Shown here: one piece after another, positions 51,760 through 59,699 of the stretch | Position numbering within the stretch: the stretch's first letter is position 1 | Layout of the letters: each line of letters begins with the position of its first letter | Sequence record: NC_019405.1 | Direction: 5' to 3' (one strand) | Length of the DNA stretch: 64,000 nucleotides | The notes under the pieces: model-generated | What the model was told of the DNA's origin: nothing | The model's database searches: none | What the model saw: only the letters and a program-made list of their open reading frames with translations | Position numbers and translations under genes: made by a program

Positions 51760-54492
51760 GTGAGCTACTATCCGATCGAGGACCGCGCCAAGGCCCGGTC
51801 CGTCGTCAAGAACCTGCTGGACCTTCAGCGCGAGGCGGTCAAGGCCTCGCGCGGCGGCCTGATCCTGCCGCCCGACCAGAAGGCGATCATCACCCAGGTC
51901 ACCGAGACCGAGGACCCGGCCCGCTGGGTCGACCTCCTGGGGCAGTTCGCCGATCGCGTCCAGACCGATCACCTCGCCCGGCTCAAGCCCCTGGCCAAGC
52001 ACGACTTCAACGCCTTCTGCGAATACGTCAACCCCGAGGAGGCCCCGGCCTCCAAGTGGCACGTCTACCTGACCTCGCTCCTCCAGGAGATCGAGAACAA
52101 CCACGAGCTTGAGCGCTTCGTGCTCAACTGCCCGCCCGGTCACGCCAAGCCGCTCGACGTCGACACCGAGGTCCTGATGGCCGACGGGTCCTGGAAGCGC
52201 CTGGGCGACATCGAGGTCGGCGAATACGTGGTCGGCGAGAGCGGCGCGCGTTGCAAGGTCACCGCCGTCCATGAGCAGGGCGATCTCGCCACCCTGAAGA
52301 TCACCACCGCCCACGGCCGCCAGATCATCGCCGCCTCCGATCACGCCTTCCGGGTCGGAAACACCTGGAAGGAGGCGGGCAAGCTGCGGCCGGGCGACGC
52401 TCTGTCCGTGGTCGGCGCCGCCAACCTCAACTACGACGCCAGCGGCAAGACCATCGACCACTTCGAGCTTGCCGCCTACCTCCAGGCCAAGGGCGGACGC
52501 TCCTACTTCCACCGCATCCACAAGAGCGGGCCGAAGACCTATCGCAACGTCTTCCTGTGGACCTCCGACCACCGCGAGGCCAGCAAGATCAGCGCCTGCC
52601 TCAAGCGCCTGGGGATCGCCTTCAAGGGGCGCCTCGCCAAGCACGAGCAGGTCTGGAAGATGCGTCTGGCCACCGAATGGGGCGACGCCCTGGCCGAGGA
52701 GTATGGCCTGGACGCGCGGATCGACGCGCGCCGGGTTCCGGCCTTTGTCACGAAAGGCGACGAGGAGCAGATCGCCCGCTACCTGTCGACCTACGCCTCC
52801 CTGGCTGGCGAGGCGCCCGACCGCTACACCATCCCGCGCATCATCCTCTACTTCAAGAACCCGGCCTTCGCCCGCGACATCCAGCGCCTGTTCGCCGTGG
52901 TCGGCGTCAACGCCCGCATCGAGGGGCGCAAGACCGGCCGCACCCGGCTGATCCTGTCGGGGCCGGACCTGGAGGCCTACTTCGCCGCCGGCCTGACCTA
53001 CACCGGCCCCAACGCCGACAAGCTCGACGACAAGCGCGCGGCCTTCCCGACCTCGCCCTCGCTCTTGGCCGACACCGTCACCTGGATCGAGCCGCACGGC
53101 GTGCGCCCCTGCCGCTGCCTGACCGTCGAGGACGAGCACACCTTCATCGCCGAAGGCGTGGTGGTCCACAACTCGACCTACGCCTCGCGCCTGTTCGTGG
53201 CGTGGCGCCTGGGGCGCGATCCGCGCCAGAAGATCATCGGCGGCGGTCACTCCCAGCGCTTCGTCGAGAACGAGTTCTCCGGCAAGATTCGCAACCTCGT
53301 GCGCACCCCGCAATACCGCGACGTGTTCCCCGACGTGGTCATCGACCACGCCACCTCGGCCAAGGACATGTGGGCGATCGCCGGGCACGGCGGACAGTAC
53401 GCCGCCAAGGGCGCGGGGCAGGCCATCCACGGTCTGCGCGCCCACTTCGTCTGCGTCGACGACCCCTACCGGTCGATCGAAGTGGCCGAGTCCGCGATCG
53501 AGCGCGAGAAGATCAAGACGTGGTTCTTCGGCGACGTTGGCTCGCGTCTGTTGCCGCTCGCCAAAGTATTCCTCATCATGACGCGCTTCCATGAGGAAGA
53601 TTTGACCGGGGAGATCATCAAACTCAACCAAGAAGTTCTCACCGGCGCCGACCGTTATCACATCGTTGAAGCGCCCGCCCTGTGCTACGACCCCGAAAAC
53701 GACGTCCTGGGTAGGGCTCTGGGCGAAGTTTTGTGGGACTACTATGACTTGCATTATTTCAAGCGCAAGCGGTCCGAGTGGAAGTACCAAAGATTTGCTT
53801 TGGTTTATCAACAACTTGCCGACGCGGCCTCGGACACCTCCATCGCGTCCAAGTTTCAGACCTACGATCACCTGCCCCACCTGGAGCCGAAGGTGCTCAA
53901 GGCCCGGCTTGACGCGGGTCACGCCGACGAGCGCGGGCGGCCGATTCCGGACCGCAAGGAGCACTTCCGGCGGGTGGTGGTCAGCGTCGACTCGGCCAAC
54001 AAGCCCGGCGCCCGCAACGACTACAGCGTCGCCCAGGTCTGGGGGGAGACCCACGCCCGCAAGCACTACCTGATCTACCAGGAGCGCAAGAAGGTCGACA
54101 TCACCGGCCTGACCGAGATGATCGAGCGGGTGGCCAAGCGCTACGAGGTCGACGCCATCCTGGTCGAAGACAAGGGCAACGGCACCGCCTACATCCAGGC
54201 GCGGGGCCAGACCGACAGCCAGCGGCGGCTCGCCCCGGCCCCGATCGAGGCGATCCAGGTCCCGAGCACCTATTCCAAGGAGTTCCGCTTCAACGAGATC
54301 GTCCCGATGATCGAGGCCGGCGAGGTCTTCCTGCCGGGCAAGGCCCCGTGGCTCGACCTGCTGATCCGCGAAATCGGTCAGTTCCCCGAAGGCGCCCATG
54401 ACGACCAAGTCGACGCCATGACGCAGTACCTCCGCTGGGCCAAGTCCAAGCGCACGCGGTTCGGCGCGCGCAAGGTCGGCTCGATGGGCTGA
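51760..54492 (+). CDS. terL: terminase large subunit containing an intein
   Basis: Walker A NCPPGHAK^ST, Walker B FVCVDDP, IMTRFH, nuclease VSVDSA...DYS, VEDKGNG, HDDQVDA. Confidence 0.95.
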   Translation: MSYYPIEDRAKARSVVKNLLDLQREAVKASRGGLILPPDQKAIITQVTETEDPARWVDLLGQFADRVQTDHLARLKPLAKHDFNAFCEYVNPEEAPASKWHVYLTSLLQEIENNHELERFVLNCPPGHAKPLDVDTEVLMADGSWKRLGDIEVGEYVVGESGARCKVTAVHEQGDLATLKITTAHGRQIIAASDHAFRVGNTWKEAGKLRPGDALSVVGAANLNYDASGKTIDHFELAAYLQAKGGRSYFHRIHKSGPKTYRNVFLWTSDHREASKISACLKRLGIAFKGRLAKHEQVWKMRLATEWGDALAEEYGLDARIDARRVPAFVTKGDEEQIARYLSTYASLAGEAPDRYTIPRIILYFKNPAFARDIQRLFAVVGVNARIEGRKTGRTRLILSGPDLEAYFAAGLTYTGPNADKLDDKRAAFPTSPSLLADTVTWIEPHGVRPCRCLTVEDEHTFIAEGVVVHNSTYASRLFVAWRLGRDPRQKIIGGGHSQRFVENEFSGKIRNLVRTPQYRDVFPDVVIDHATSAKDMWAIAGHGGQYAAKGAGQAIHGLRAHFVCVDDPYRSIEVAESAIEREKIKTWFFGDVGSRLLPLAKVFLIMTRFHEEDLTGEIIKLNQEVLTGADRYHIVEAPALCYDPENDVLGRALGEVLWDYYDLHYFKRKRSEWKYQRFALVYQQLADAASDTSIASKFQTYDHLPHLEPKVLKARLDAGHADERGRPIPDRKEHFRRVVVSVDSANKPGARNDYSVAQVWGETHARKHYLIYQERKKVDITGLTEMIERVAKRYEVDAILVEDKGNGTAYIQARGQTDSQRRLAPAPIEAIQVPSTYSKEFRFNEIVPMIEAGEVFLPGKAPWLDLLIREIGQFPEGAHDDQVDAMTQYLRWAKSKRTRFGARKVGSMG
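52150..53172 (+). mobile_element. intein (341 aa) with degenerate LAGLIDADG domain
   Basis: starts PLDVDTEVLMADGSWKRLGDIEVGEYV, block B ..SDHAF, block F RPCRCLTVED, ends VVHN before Ser+1; removal restores PPGHAKST. Confidence 0.92.
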
Positions 54493-54565
54493 CGAGGCCC
54501 GTTAACCACGTTTGTTAACCTCCGCCGGGGCCTTAACCCTAACACGGCGAGGGTTAACAGGTCCA

Positions 54566-54705
54566 GGGACCCTTCGAAATTAACCTTTCGGGGACCCTGG
54601 GAAATCGTAAGGCGGGGACCCTGGCCATTTTCCGGCTGGGGACCCTGGCAAATTCATCGCCGGGGACCCTCCGAAATTCATCCTCGGGGACCCTGGCAAA
54701 TCAAG
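54566..54705. repeat. six tandem ~24-bp units with GGGACCCT core and A/T tract
   Basis: units start at 54566, 54591, 54615, 54639, 54663, 54687. Confidence 0.9.
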
Positions 54706-54714
54706 GAGCCGGCG

Positions 54715-54906
54715 ATGGCCGAATTTCTCGCCCTGATCCCCAACCTCGCGCCGTTCCTGGCCTGGGGAATCCTCCTCTGGATCGCCGCCGAGGTGGTCTG
54801 GAGCGTCTGCCTCTGGGTCTATGGCCTGCGGACCCTGTTCAAGCTGCACCGCGACGATCTGGCCGAGGCGATCAGCTTCGAGCGGGCGCTCAGCCCCTTC
54901 GACTAG
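54715..54906 (+). CDS. small membrane protein, 63 aa
   Basis: AAGGAG SD; long hydrophobic segment. Confidence 0.7.
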   Translation: MAEFLALIPNLAPFLAWGILLWIAAEVVWSVCLWVYGLRTLFKLHRDDLAEAISFERALSPFD

Positions 54907-54989
54907 GCGCGGCCTGCCGACCTAAGTCACAGACTGTAGGTTTCGTGACAAGGTAGGATATTTCACAACGATTTCAAGGGCTTATACCT

Positions 54990-55253
54990 ATGACGATCCG
55001 ACACTACCTCCACGATCTGGCCGTCCGTTTCGTCGTTTTGGGGTGGATTTTTGCCAAAAAGCCCCGAAAAACCGCTCCAAAAGGGCAAAATTTTCAGCCC
55101 CATCCGCCGGCCCTGGTCGACTGGGACCACCGCTGGCTCTATCTGGCGGCCGGTACTGGGCTGACGGCGGTCTGGCTCTGCTTCAGATTCGTTGGTCCAA
55201 GTCAAGACCCCTCGACCGCCCCGCCGCCAAGTCATAGACCGTGGGCTTCGTGA
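54990..55253 (+). CDS. possible small membrane protein, 87 aa
   Basis: two short hydrophobic stretches; atypical codon usage and weak SD. Confidence 0.4.
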   Translation: MTIRHYLHDLAVRFVVLGWIFAKKPRKTAPKGQNFQPHPPALVDWDHRWLYLAAGTGLTAVWLCFRFVGPSQDPSTAPPPSHRPWAS

Positions 55254-55298
55254 CCAGATCACGCTTCCGTTACCGCTCCAGCCCTTGTGAGGCCTCGG

Positions 55299-55403
55299 AT
55301 GTTCGCCTTTCTCCGCCGGCTCAGCCTCGCCGCCGTCCATGGCGTGCTCTGGGCGATCCTCCTGGCGATGCTCGCCCTGGGCGGCCCGCGCCGCGCGCCC
55401 TAA
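55299..55403 (+). CDS. 34-aa hydrophobic peptide (absent from ORF track)
   Basis: GAGG SD; MFAFLRRLSLAAVHGVLWAILLAMLALGGPRRAP. Confidence 0.5.
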   Translation: MFAFLRRLSLAAVHGVLWAILLAMLALGGPRRAP

Positions 55404-55484
55404 AGCGTCATATCTGACGCCTAAAGCCCTCTAAGGGCTCATCTGTGAGACATTCAACGCCCTCGTGTTCCTCTGAACGCGGGG

Positions 55485-55612
55485 GCGTTTTGACGTCCGA
55501 GCGTTTTGACGCGGGCGCATTTTCGACTTGACGCGCGAGCGTTTTGACGCGGGCGCATTTTTGATTCGACGGGCGAGCGTTTTGACGTCCGAGCGTTTTT
55601 CAACTTGACGTC
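55485..55612. repeat. GCGTTTTGACG array with phased T-tracts
   Basis: copies at 55485, 55501, 55539, 55577; 25-bp unit at 55499 repeated at 55537. Confidence 0.85.
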
Positions 55613-55633
55613 GTTTCATTTACCGCGAGCGCC

Positions 55634-55813
55634 TTAGGGTTAACGCCGGCCGCCGAGCCCTGGGGCGATTTACCACCACCGCGTTAACCTAACGCCTGTT
55701 AACCTATCGGTTGTTAAGGTTAACGCCCCGTTAGGGTTAACGCCCCTTAACCCTGCGCCCGTTAAGGTTAACGCGCCCCGGCCCAGGCGCCGCCCGGCCC
55801 TACCCGTTAACCC
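55634..55813. repeat. cluster of ten TTAA(C) half-sites
   Basis: TTAA at 55640, 55684, 55699, 55714, 55720, 55737, 55747, 55762, 55768, 55807. Confidence 0.8.
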
Positions 55814-55839
55814 TAACCGCCCGACCCCCGCGCCCAGGC

Positions 55840-55875
55840 CATACCCGGTAGGGCCTGACGGCCCTACCGGGTATG
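55840..55875. repeat. perfect 16-bp inverted repeat with 4-nt loop
   Basis: CATACCCGGTAGGGCC-TGAC-GGCCCTACCGGGTATG. Confidence 0.9.
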
Positions 55876-55882
55876 CCCCCGC

Positions 55883-56001
55883 GCCCCGGCGGAGGCCAGG
55901 GACCGCCCCGGCGGAGGCCAGGGACCGCCCCGGCGGAGGCCAGGGACCGCCCCGGCGAGGGCCAGGGACCGCCTCGGCGAGGGCCAGGGACCGCCTCGGC
56001 G
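55883..56001. repeat. 5.4 tandem copies of a 22-bp unit
   Basis: GCCCCGGCGGAGGCCAGGGACC at 55883, 55905, 55927, with variants at 55949 and 55971. Confidence 0.95.
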
Positions 56002-56016
56002 CTTTTTCGCGCCCCG

Positions 56017-56048
56017 TTTACCTTTTGTTAACTTCTGGCCTCTAGGGT
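56017..56048 (+). promoter_or_regulatory. CtrA-box promoter cassette
   Basis: TTTA-N7-TTAAC-10-TAGGGT. Confidence 0.7.
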
Positions 56049-56096
56049 CGCCCTTGTCCCCGCCGCACTCCCGCGCCGGGCAAGGAGCTTCCCGCC

Positions 56097-56282
56097 ATGG
56101 TCCCCGACTCGATCATGAACCCCCGCGACCACTTCCACCGCCTGCGCGAGGAAACCGCCCGCGCTCTGGTCGAGACGTTCGCCGAAACCGACCCCGGCGA
56201 GGACTACCGCGCCGAGGAAAAGGCCGGCGCGTGGGTTGTCGCCTATTACGACGCGGCGGGCGAATTCGTCGCCTATCTCTAG
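56097..56282 (+). CDS. hypothetical protein, 61 aa
   Basis: AAGGAG SD. Confidence 0.7.
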   Translation: MVPDSIMNPRDHFHRLREETARALVETFAETDPGEDYRAEEKAGAWVVAYYDAAGEFVAYL

Positions 56283-56306
56283 CCGCCTTCGCCCCCTGGC
56301 GCCGCG

Positions 56307-56338
56307 TTAACGGTTTGTTAACATATCGGCGCCAGGGT
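56307..56338 (+). promoter_or_regulatory. CtrA-box promoter cassette
   Basis: perfect TTAA-N7-TTAAC, 10 nt, CAGGGT. Confidence 0.75.
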
Positions 56339-56381
56339 CGCCCTAGCCCGGCGCGTCGCCGCGCCTTCGGAGAAAACCGCC

Positions 56382-57185
56382 ATGCTCTACACCCCCGCCG
56401 CCCGCCGCCTTCGCGCCTATCGCGAAACCGCCGCGAAGAACGCCGAAATTCACGCCCGGCCGCACATGTCCGGCAACGTCGCCGGCTATAACGAGTCGGT
56501 TTGGCCGACGACGGCGCTAGGCGTCGCCGCCAAGGCTGGCGCCTTCAAGCGCCCCGAAACCGCCGGCAACTGGTCGGAAGATCGCAAGGCCTATTACGCC
56601 CCCGCGTGGCCGGCCGGCTGGCGCGTGCTGGGCACGGCCGAAGAGGTTTGCCGCAAGGAAGGTTCGCGCCGGGTGGAACATTCCGGATGGTACACGACGC
56701 CCGACGACTACAGCGCCACCCTTTCGGGCTATGTGCTGCAAATCCCCGCCCGCGACGGCCGCCCGCAATACGTCGCCGGAACCGCCCATAGTGAATGGGA
56801 CGGGGTGACCCTTTACCCCGCCGACCGTTTCGACAACCCGCTAGACGCGGCGAGCGCCGCCGACCGTCACGCCGAACGCGACGCCGAAGAGGAACGCGAA
56901 TATCAAACCGCGTGGCAAGCGGGCCAGCGCTACGCCGAACTCGGCGCCGAAGCCAAGGAGGCCCGCAAGGAAGCGCTGGCGATCCTCGCCGAACGCCGCA
57001 AGGTCAAGGGGCTGGAAACCCCCGCCTTGTGCGGCGCGATCCGGGCGCAAGTTGAGGCCCTGCTAAGCCGGATCGAAGAGGCGCGCGCCTCGCGCGCCAA
57101 GCTCAAGGAAGGCGAGGACTCGCGCCTCATGTTCTACCCCTCCGCCCGCATGGTCGCGGCCTTCAATGACGGGGCGGCCGGGTGA
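56382..57185 (+). CDS. hypothetical protein, 267 aa
   Basis: GGAG SD; GWYT....G.V.Q.P motif, coiled-coil C-terminus. Confidence 0.75.
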   Translation: MLYTPAARRLRAYRETAAKNAEIHARPHMSGNVAGYNESVWPTTALGVAAKAGAFKRPETAGNWSEDRKAYYAPAWPAGWRVLGTAEEVCRKEGSRRVEHSGWYTTPDDYSATLSGYVLQIPARDGRPQYVAGTAHSEWDGVTLYPADRFDNPLDAASAADRHAERDAEEEREYQTAWQAGQRYAELGAEAKEARKEALAILAERRKVKGLETPALCGAIRAQVEALLSRIEEARASRAKLKEGEDSRLMFYPSARMVAAFNDGAAG

Positions 57186-57391
57186 AGGTCGCCCGCGACG
57201 CCTTCGCCGTGTTCTGGACCCTCCCCGCCGGAGGCGTCCAGTTTCACGCCGACATGAAACGGGCGCTTTACCCGACCGCCCGCGACGCCGCCCGCGCTTT
57301 TAGCGCCATGTTCCCCCGTGACCGGGTCCGGAGCGTCCGCGACGCCTCCGGCCGCTTCCTGGCCTTCAAGGAGTCCGCCCCGTGCGCCTGA
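57182..57391 (+). CDS. hypothetical protein, 69 aa
   Basis: GTGA coupling. Confidence 0.6.
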   Translation: MKVARDAFAVFWTLPAGGVQFHADMKRALYPTARDAARAFSAMFPRDRVRSVRDASGRFLAFKESAPCA

Positions 57392-57663
57392 TCAGCTACA
57401 ACGTCAACGGAACCGGCTTTAAGGGCGGGTCCGCCGCCCCCGTCCCGTGTCCCGCCCTCGCCGGCCACGCCGACGACGCGGGGCTATGGGTTCCCGACCG
57501 TGAAGCCGTCGCCGCCATGCTCCCGCATCGCTGGCGCGCCGCCTTCGCCCGCGCGGCGTTTTGGTATGACGCCCGCGACAACAAAAAGCCTTGCCGCGCC
57601 GACCTCTACGACGCGCGCGGCCGGTACCTGACTCAGGTCTGGGCGCATCCGGTTTTCGCCTGA
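57382..57663 (+). CDS. hypothetical protein, 93 aa
   Basis: AAGGAG SD, GTG start. Confidence 0.65.
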   Translation: MRLISYNVNGTGFKGGSAAPVPCPALAGHADDAGLWVPDREAVAAMLPHRWRAAFARAAFWYDARDNKKPCRADLYDARGRYLTQVWAHPVFA

Positions 57664-57668
57664 CCAGA

Positions 57669-57692
57669 CGCCCCGGAAGATTTTCCGGGGCG
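57669..57692 (+). terminator. GC hairpin between gene and next promoter
   Basis: CGCCCCGGAA-GATT-TTCCGGGGCG; no immediate U-tract. Confidence 0.5.
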
Positions 57693-57724
57693 GTAACCTT
57701 TTGTTAACTTCTGGCCTCTAGGGT
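57693..57724 (+). promoter_or_regulatory. CtrA-box promoter cassette
   Basis: GTAA-N7-TTAAC-10-TAGGGT; 66 bp identical to 58889-58954. Confidence 0.75.
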
Positions 57725-57782
57725 GACTTTCGCCGCCGGGCAATCCCGCCCGCCGGACCCTCTTTCAAGGATTGCTCCCGTC

Positions 57783-58835
57783 ATGACCTCTCATTCCATG
57801 GTCGCGCACCGTTGGGCGCAGGACGACGAGAACGGCCGCACCGCGCGCGGCTTCAACATGTATTTCGAGCGCTACGGACGCGGCGCCGACCGCGTCAACG
57901 TGATTTTTTCCTACGGGACTCACTTCCCGGCCGCCGCCTTCGTGACCGATGCGCACGGCCGCCGCGTGGTCCTCTACACGACGCACCGCCGGAGCGTTTC
58001 GACCGCGAAACACCTTTCGCATATCCGTTGGGCTATCCCGTCGGGCGTGCCGGTGTTTTCCGTGCCGAACGTGTCGCGGATGCACAAGCCGGGCGGCGCG
58101 GGCGACTTCCACGGGGACAACCTGCGCGCCTATATCGAGAGCGCCGCCGGCCTCGCCGAAAAGGCCAAGCGCGCCCGCGTCTACGGCCCTTGGTTGCTTA
58201 GCCAAGCCCGCGACCAACTCGCCGAAGCGCAACGCTACGCCGACGCCTTCAAGGTCAAGGGCTTCAAGGTCCCGGCCTTGGAAGACGTCGCCGGCCAATG
58301 GGCGAAGATGACGGCCGCCAAGGCGCGGGCCGAAGCCAAGGCCCGCAAGGAAGCCGAAAAGCGAGCCCGCGAAGCCCGTGAAGCCGAACGGCTCGCCGAC
58401 GCCGAAGCCTTCGCCGCGTGGATGCGCGGCGAGCGCCAGAGCGCCCCGTTTAGCTACCGGGTGCGCGATGACGGGACCGTCTATCTTCGCCGCTTCCGGG
58501 GCGTGGTCCGCGACCTGCGCAGTCAAGAGCGCGACGGCTCGCGCGTCGATGAACTGCAAACCTCGCAAGGCGCGGCCGTGCCGTGGGAACACGCGGTAAA
58601 GGCCTTCCGGTTCATCAAGCTTTGCCGCGAACGCGGCGAGAGCTTCCACCGCAACGGCCGGGTGATTCGCGTCGGACACTTCCAAGTTGACGCGATCAGC
58701 CCGCAAGGCGACATGACGGCCGGTTGCCACCGGTTCGCGTGGGATGAAATCGAACGCCTCGCCAGGGCCGAAGGGGTTTTCGACCTCCCCGCCGCCGCCG
58801 ACGCCGTCGAAACCCGGCAAGCCGAACCGGCCTAA
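57783..58835 (+). CDS. hypothetical protein, 350 aa
   Basis: start moved to ATG 57783 (AAGGA SD); the track's GTG lies in the promoter. Confidence 0.75.
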   Translation: MTSHSMVAHRWAQDDENGRTARGFNMYFERYGRGADRVNVIFSYGTHFPAAAFVTDAHGRRVVLYTTHRRSVSTAKHLSHIRWAIPSGVPVFSVPNVSRMHKPGGAGDFHGDNLRAYIESAAGLAEKAKRARVYGPWLLSQARDQLAEAQRYADAFKVKGFKVPALEDVAGQWAKMTAAKARAEAKARKEAEKRAREAREAERLADAEAFAAWMRGERQSAPFSYRVRDDGTVYLRRFRGVVRDLRSQERDGSRVDELQTSQGAAVPWEHAVKAFRFIKLCRERGESFHRNGRVIRVGHFQVDAISPQGDMTAGCHRFAWDEIERLARAEGVFDLPAAADAVETRQAEPA

Positions 58836-58851
58836 GCCCGCCCGACCCTCC

Positions 58852-58881
58852 AGCGCCCCGGCTCCCCGCCGGGGCGCTTTC
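58852..58881 (+). terminator. intrinsic terminator
   Basis: AGCGCCCCGGC-TCCCC-GCCGGGGCGCT then TT. Confidence 0.65.
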
Positions 58882-58890
58882 GTGTACGCG

Positions 58891-58922
58891 GTAACCTTTT
58901 GTTAACTTCTGGCCTCTAGGGT
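58891..58922 (+). promoter_or_regulatory. CtrA-box promoter cassette
   Basis: GTAA-N7-TTAAC-10-TAGGGT. Confidence 0.75.
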
Positions 58923-58970
58923 GACTTTCGCCGCCGGGCAATCCCGCCCGCCGGCCAAGGATCGCAGACC

Positions 58971-59270
58971 ATGAATCTTTTCGTTGTCGCCATTGACCCC
59001 GCCCTCATCCCTTCGGCCGCCGGCTTCGTGGTCGCCTCCCCCTACGGGTGCGGCAAGTGGCGCGCGTGCGTCGGGAGCGAGGCGGACATGATCGCGCTTC
59101 GCGACAAGATGCGCCGCGCGCACCCGGCCCCGGAAGGCTACAGCGTCCAGCCCCTGGCGTCGTTCCTGGCCTATCTCGAAACGGTCGGTGAAAGCCCCTA
59201 TGACCGGTTCCGCGCCCATGACGCCGCCGCCCGCATCCTTGACACCCTGACGACTCATCTCGCCGCCTAG
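58971..59270 (+). CDS. hypothetical protein, 99 aa
   Basis: AAGGA SD. Confidence 0.7.
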   Translation: MNLFVVAIDPALIPSAAGFVVASPYGCGKWRACVGSEADMIALRDKMRRAHPAPEGYSVQPLASFLAYLETVGESPYDRFRAHDAAARILDTLTTHLAA

Positions 59271-59279
59271 CCCCTTCTC

Positions 59280-59308
59280 GCCCCCGGCGCGCGGCCGGGG
59301 GCGCTTTC
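59280..59308 (+). terminator. GC hairpin, possible terminator or stabiliser
   Basis: GCCCCCGGC-GCGCG-GCCGGGGGC then GCTTT. Confidence 0.45.
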
Positions 59309-59327
59309 CTCGAAAGGATCGCCGACC

Positions 59328-59696
59328 ATGACAACCCGTCTTATCGCCGTGCGCGGCCCGACCGCCGCCGAACTCGCCGACCCGTCCAGCCGCGCGGGCG
59401 GCGCCGAAGTCGTTTTCGAGCGCCGCGACCGCGAAGGCCGCACGCGCCTTGTGTTCGCCTCGACCTGCTACGGCTCATATCAGCAATGGGGCGAAACCCG
59501 CGACGTGCTCGCCGACAACGTCGAGGCGGTCACGCTCTGGGCCGAAGGCATGGCGGCCGTTGCCGCCCTCATCGACGAGAGCGACGACGACGACGCGCCC
59601 GACTGGGACGCCGTCACCGATGGAATCGCCTCCTTTGATCACGCCCGCGCCATGGACGGGGAAAACCCGGTCATGCGCGACGACGGGGAGGCGTGA
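59328..59696 (+). CDS. hypothetical protein, 122 aa
   Basis: AAAGGA SD. Confidence 0.7.
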   Translation: MTTRLIAVRGPTAAELADPSSRAGGAEVVFERRDREGRTRLVFASTCYGSYQQWGETRDVLADNVEAVTLWAEGMAAVAALIDESDDDDAPDWDAVTDGIASFDHARAMDGENPVMRDDGEA

Positions 59697-59699
59697 GCC

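Noticed and set aside
50902-54408. 1168-aa minus-strand ORF opposite terS/terL
   Set aside because: Shadow frame caused by GC-rich codon bias of the real plus-strand genes; no motifs, SD or promoter
54580-54849. Minus-strand ORF with xxxPGSP octapeptide repeats
   Set aside because: A 24-bp period gives peptide repeats automatically; the core is invariant at all codon positions; the ORF overlaps the better-supported 54715-54906 gene and has no clear SD. Not fully excluded without Ribo-seq
55634-55740. TTAGGG as a telomeric repeat
   Set aside because: Only two isolated copies, better explained as TAGGGT (-10-like) fused to TTAAC half-sites
54566-56001. Repeat arrays as a CRISPR locus
   Set aside because: The 22-bp array has no spacers; the 24-bp array has only a ~8-bp constant core with short related spacers; no cas genes in the window
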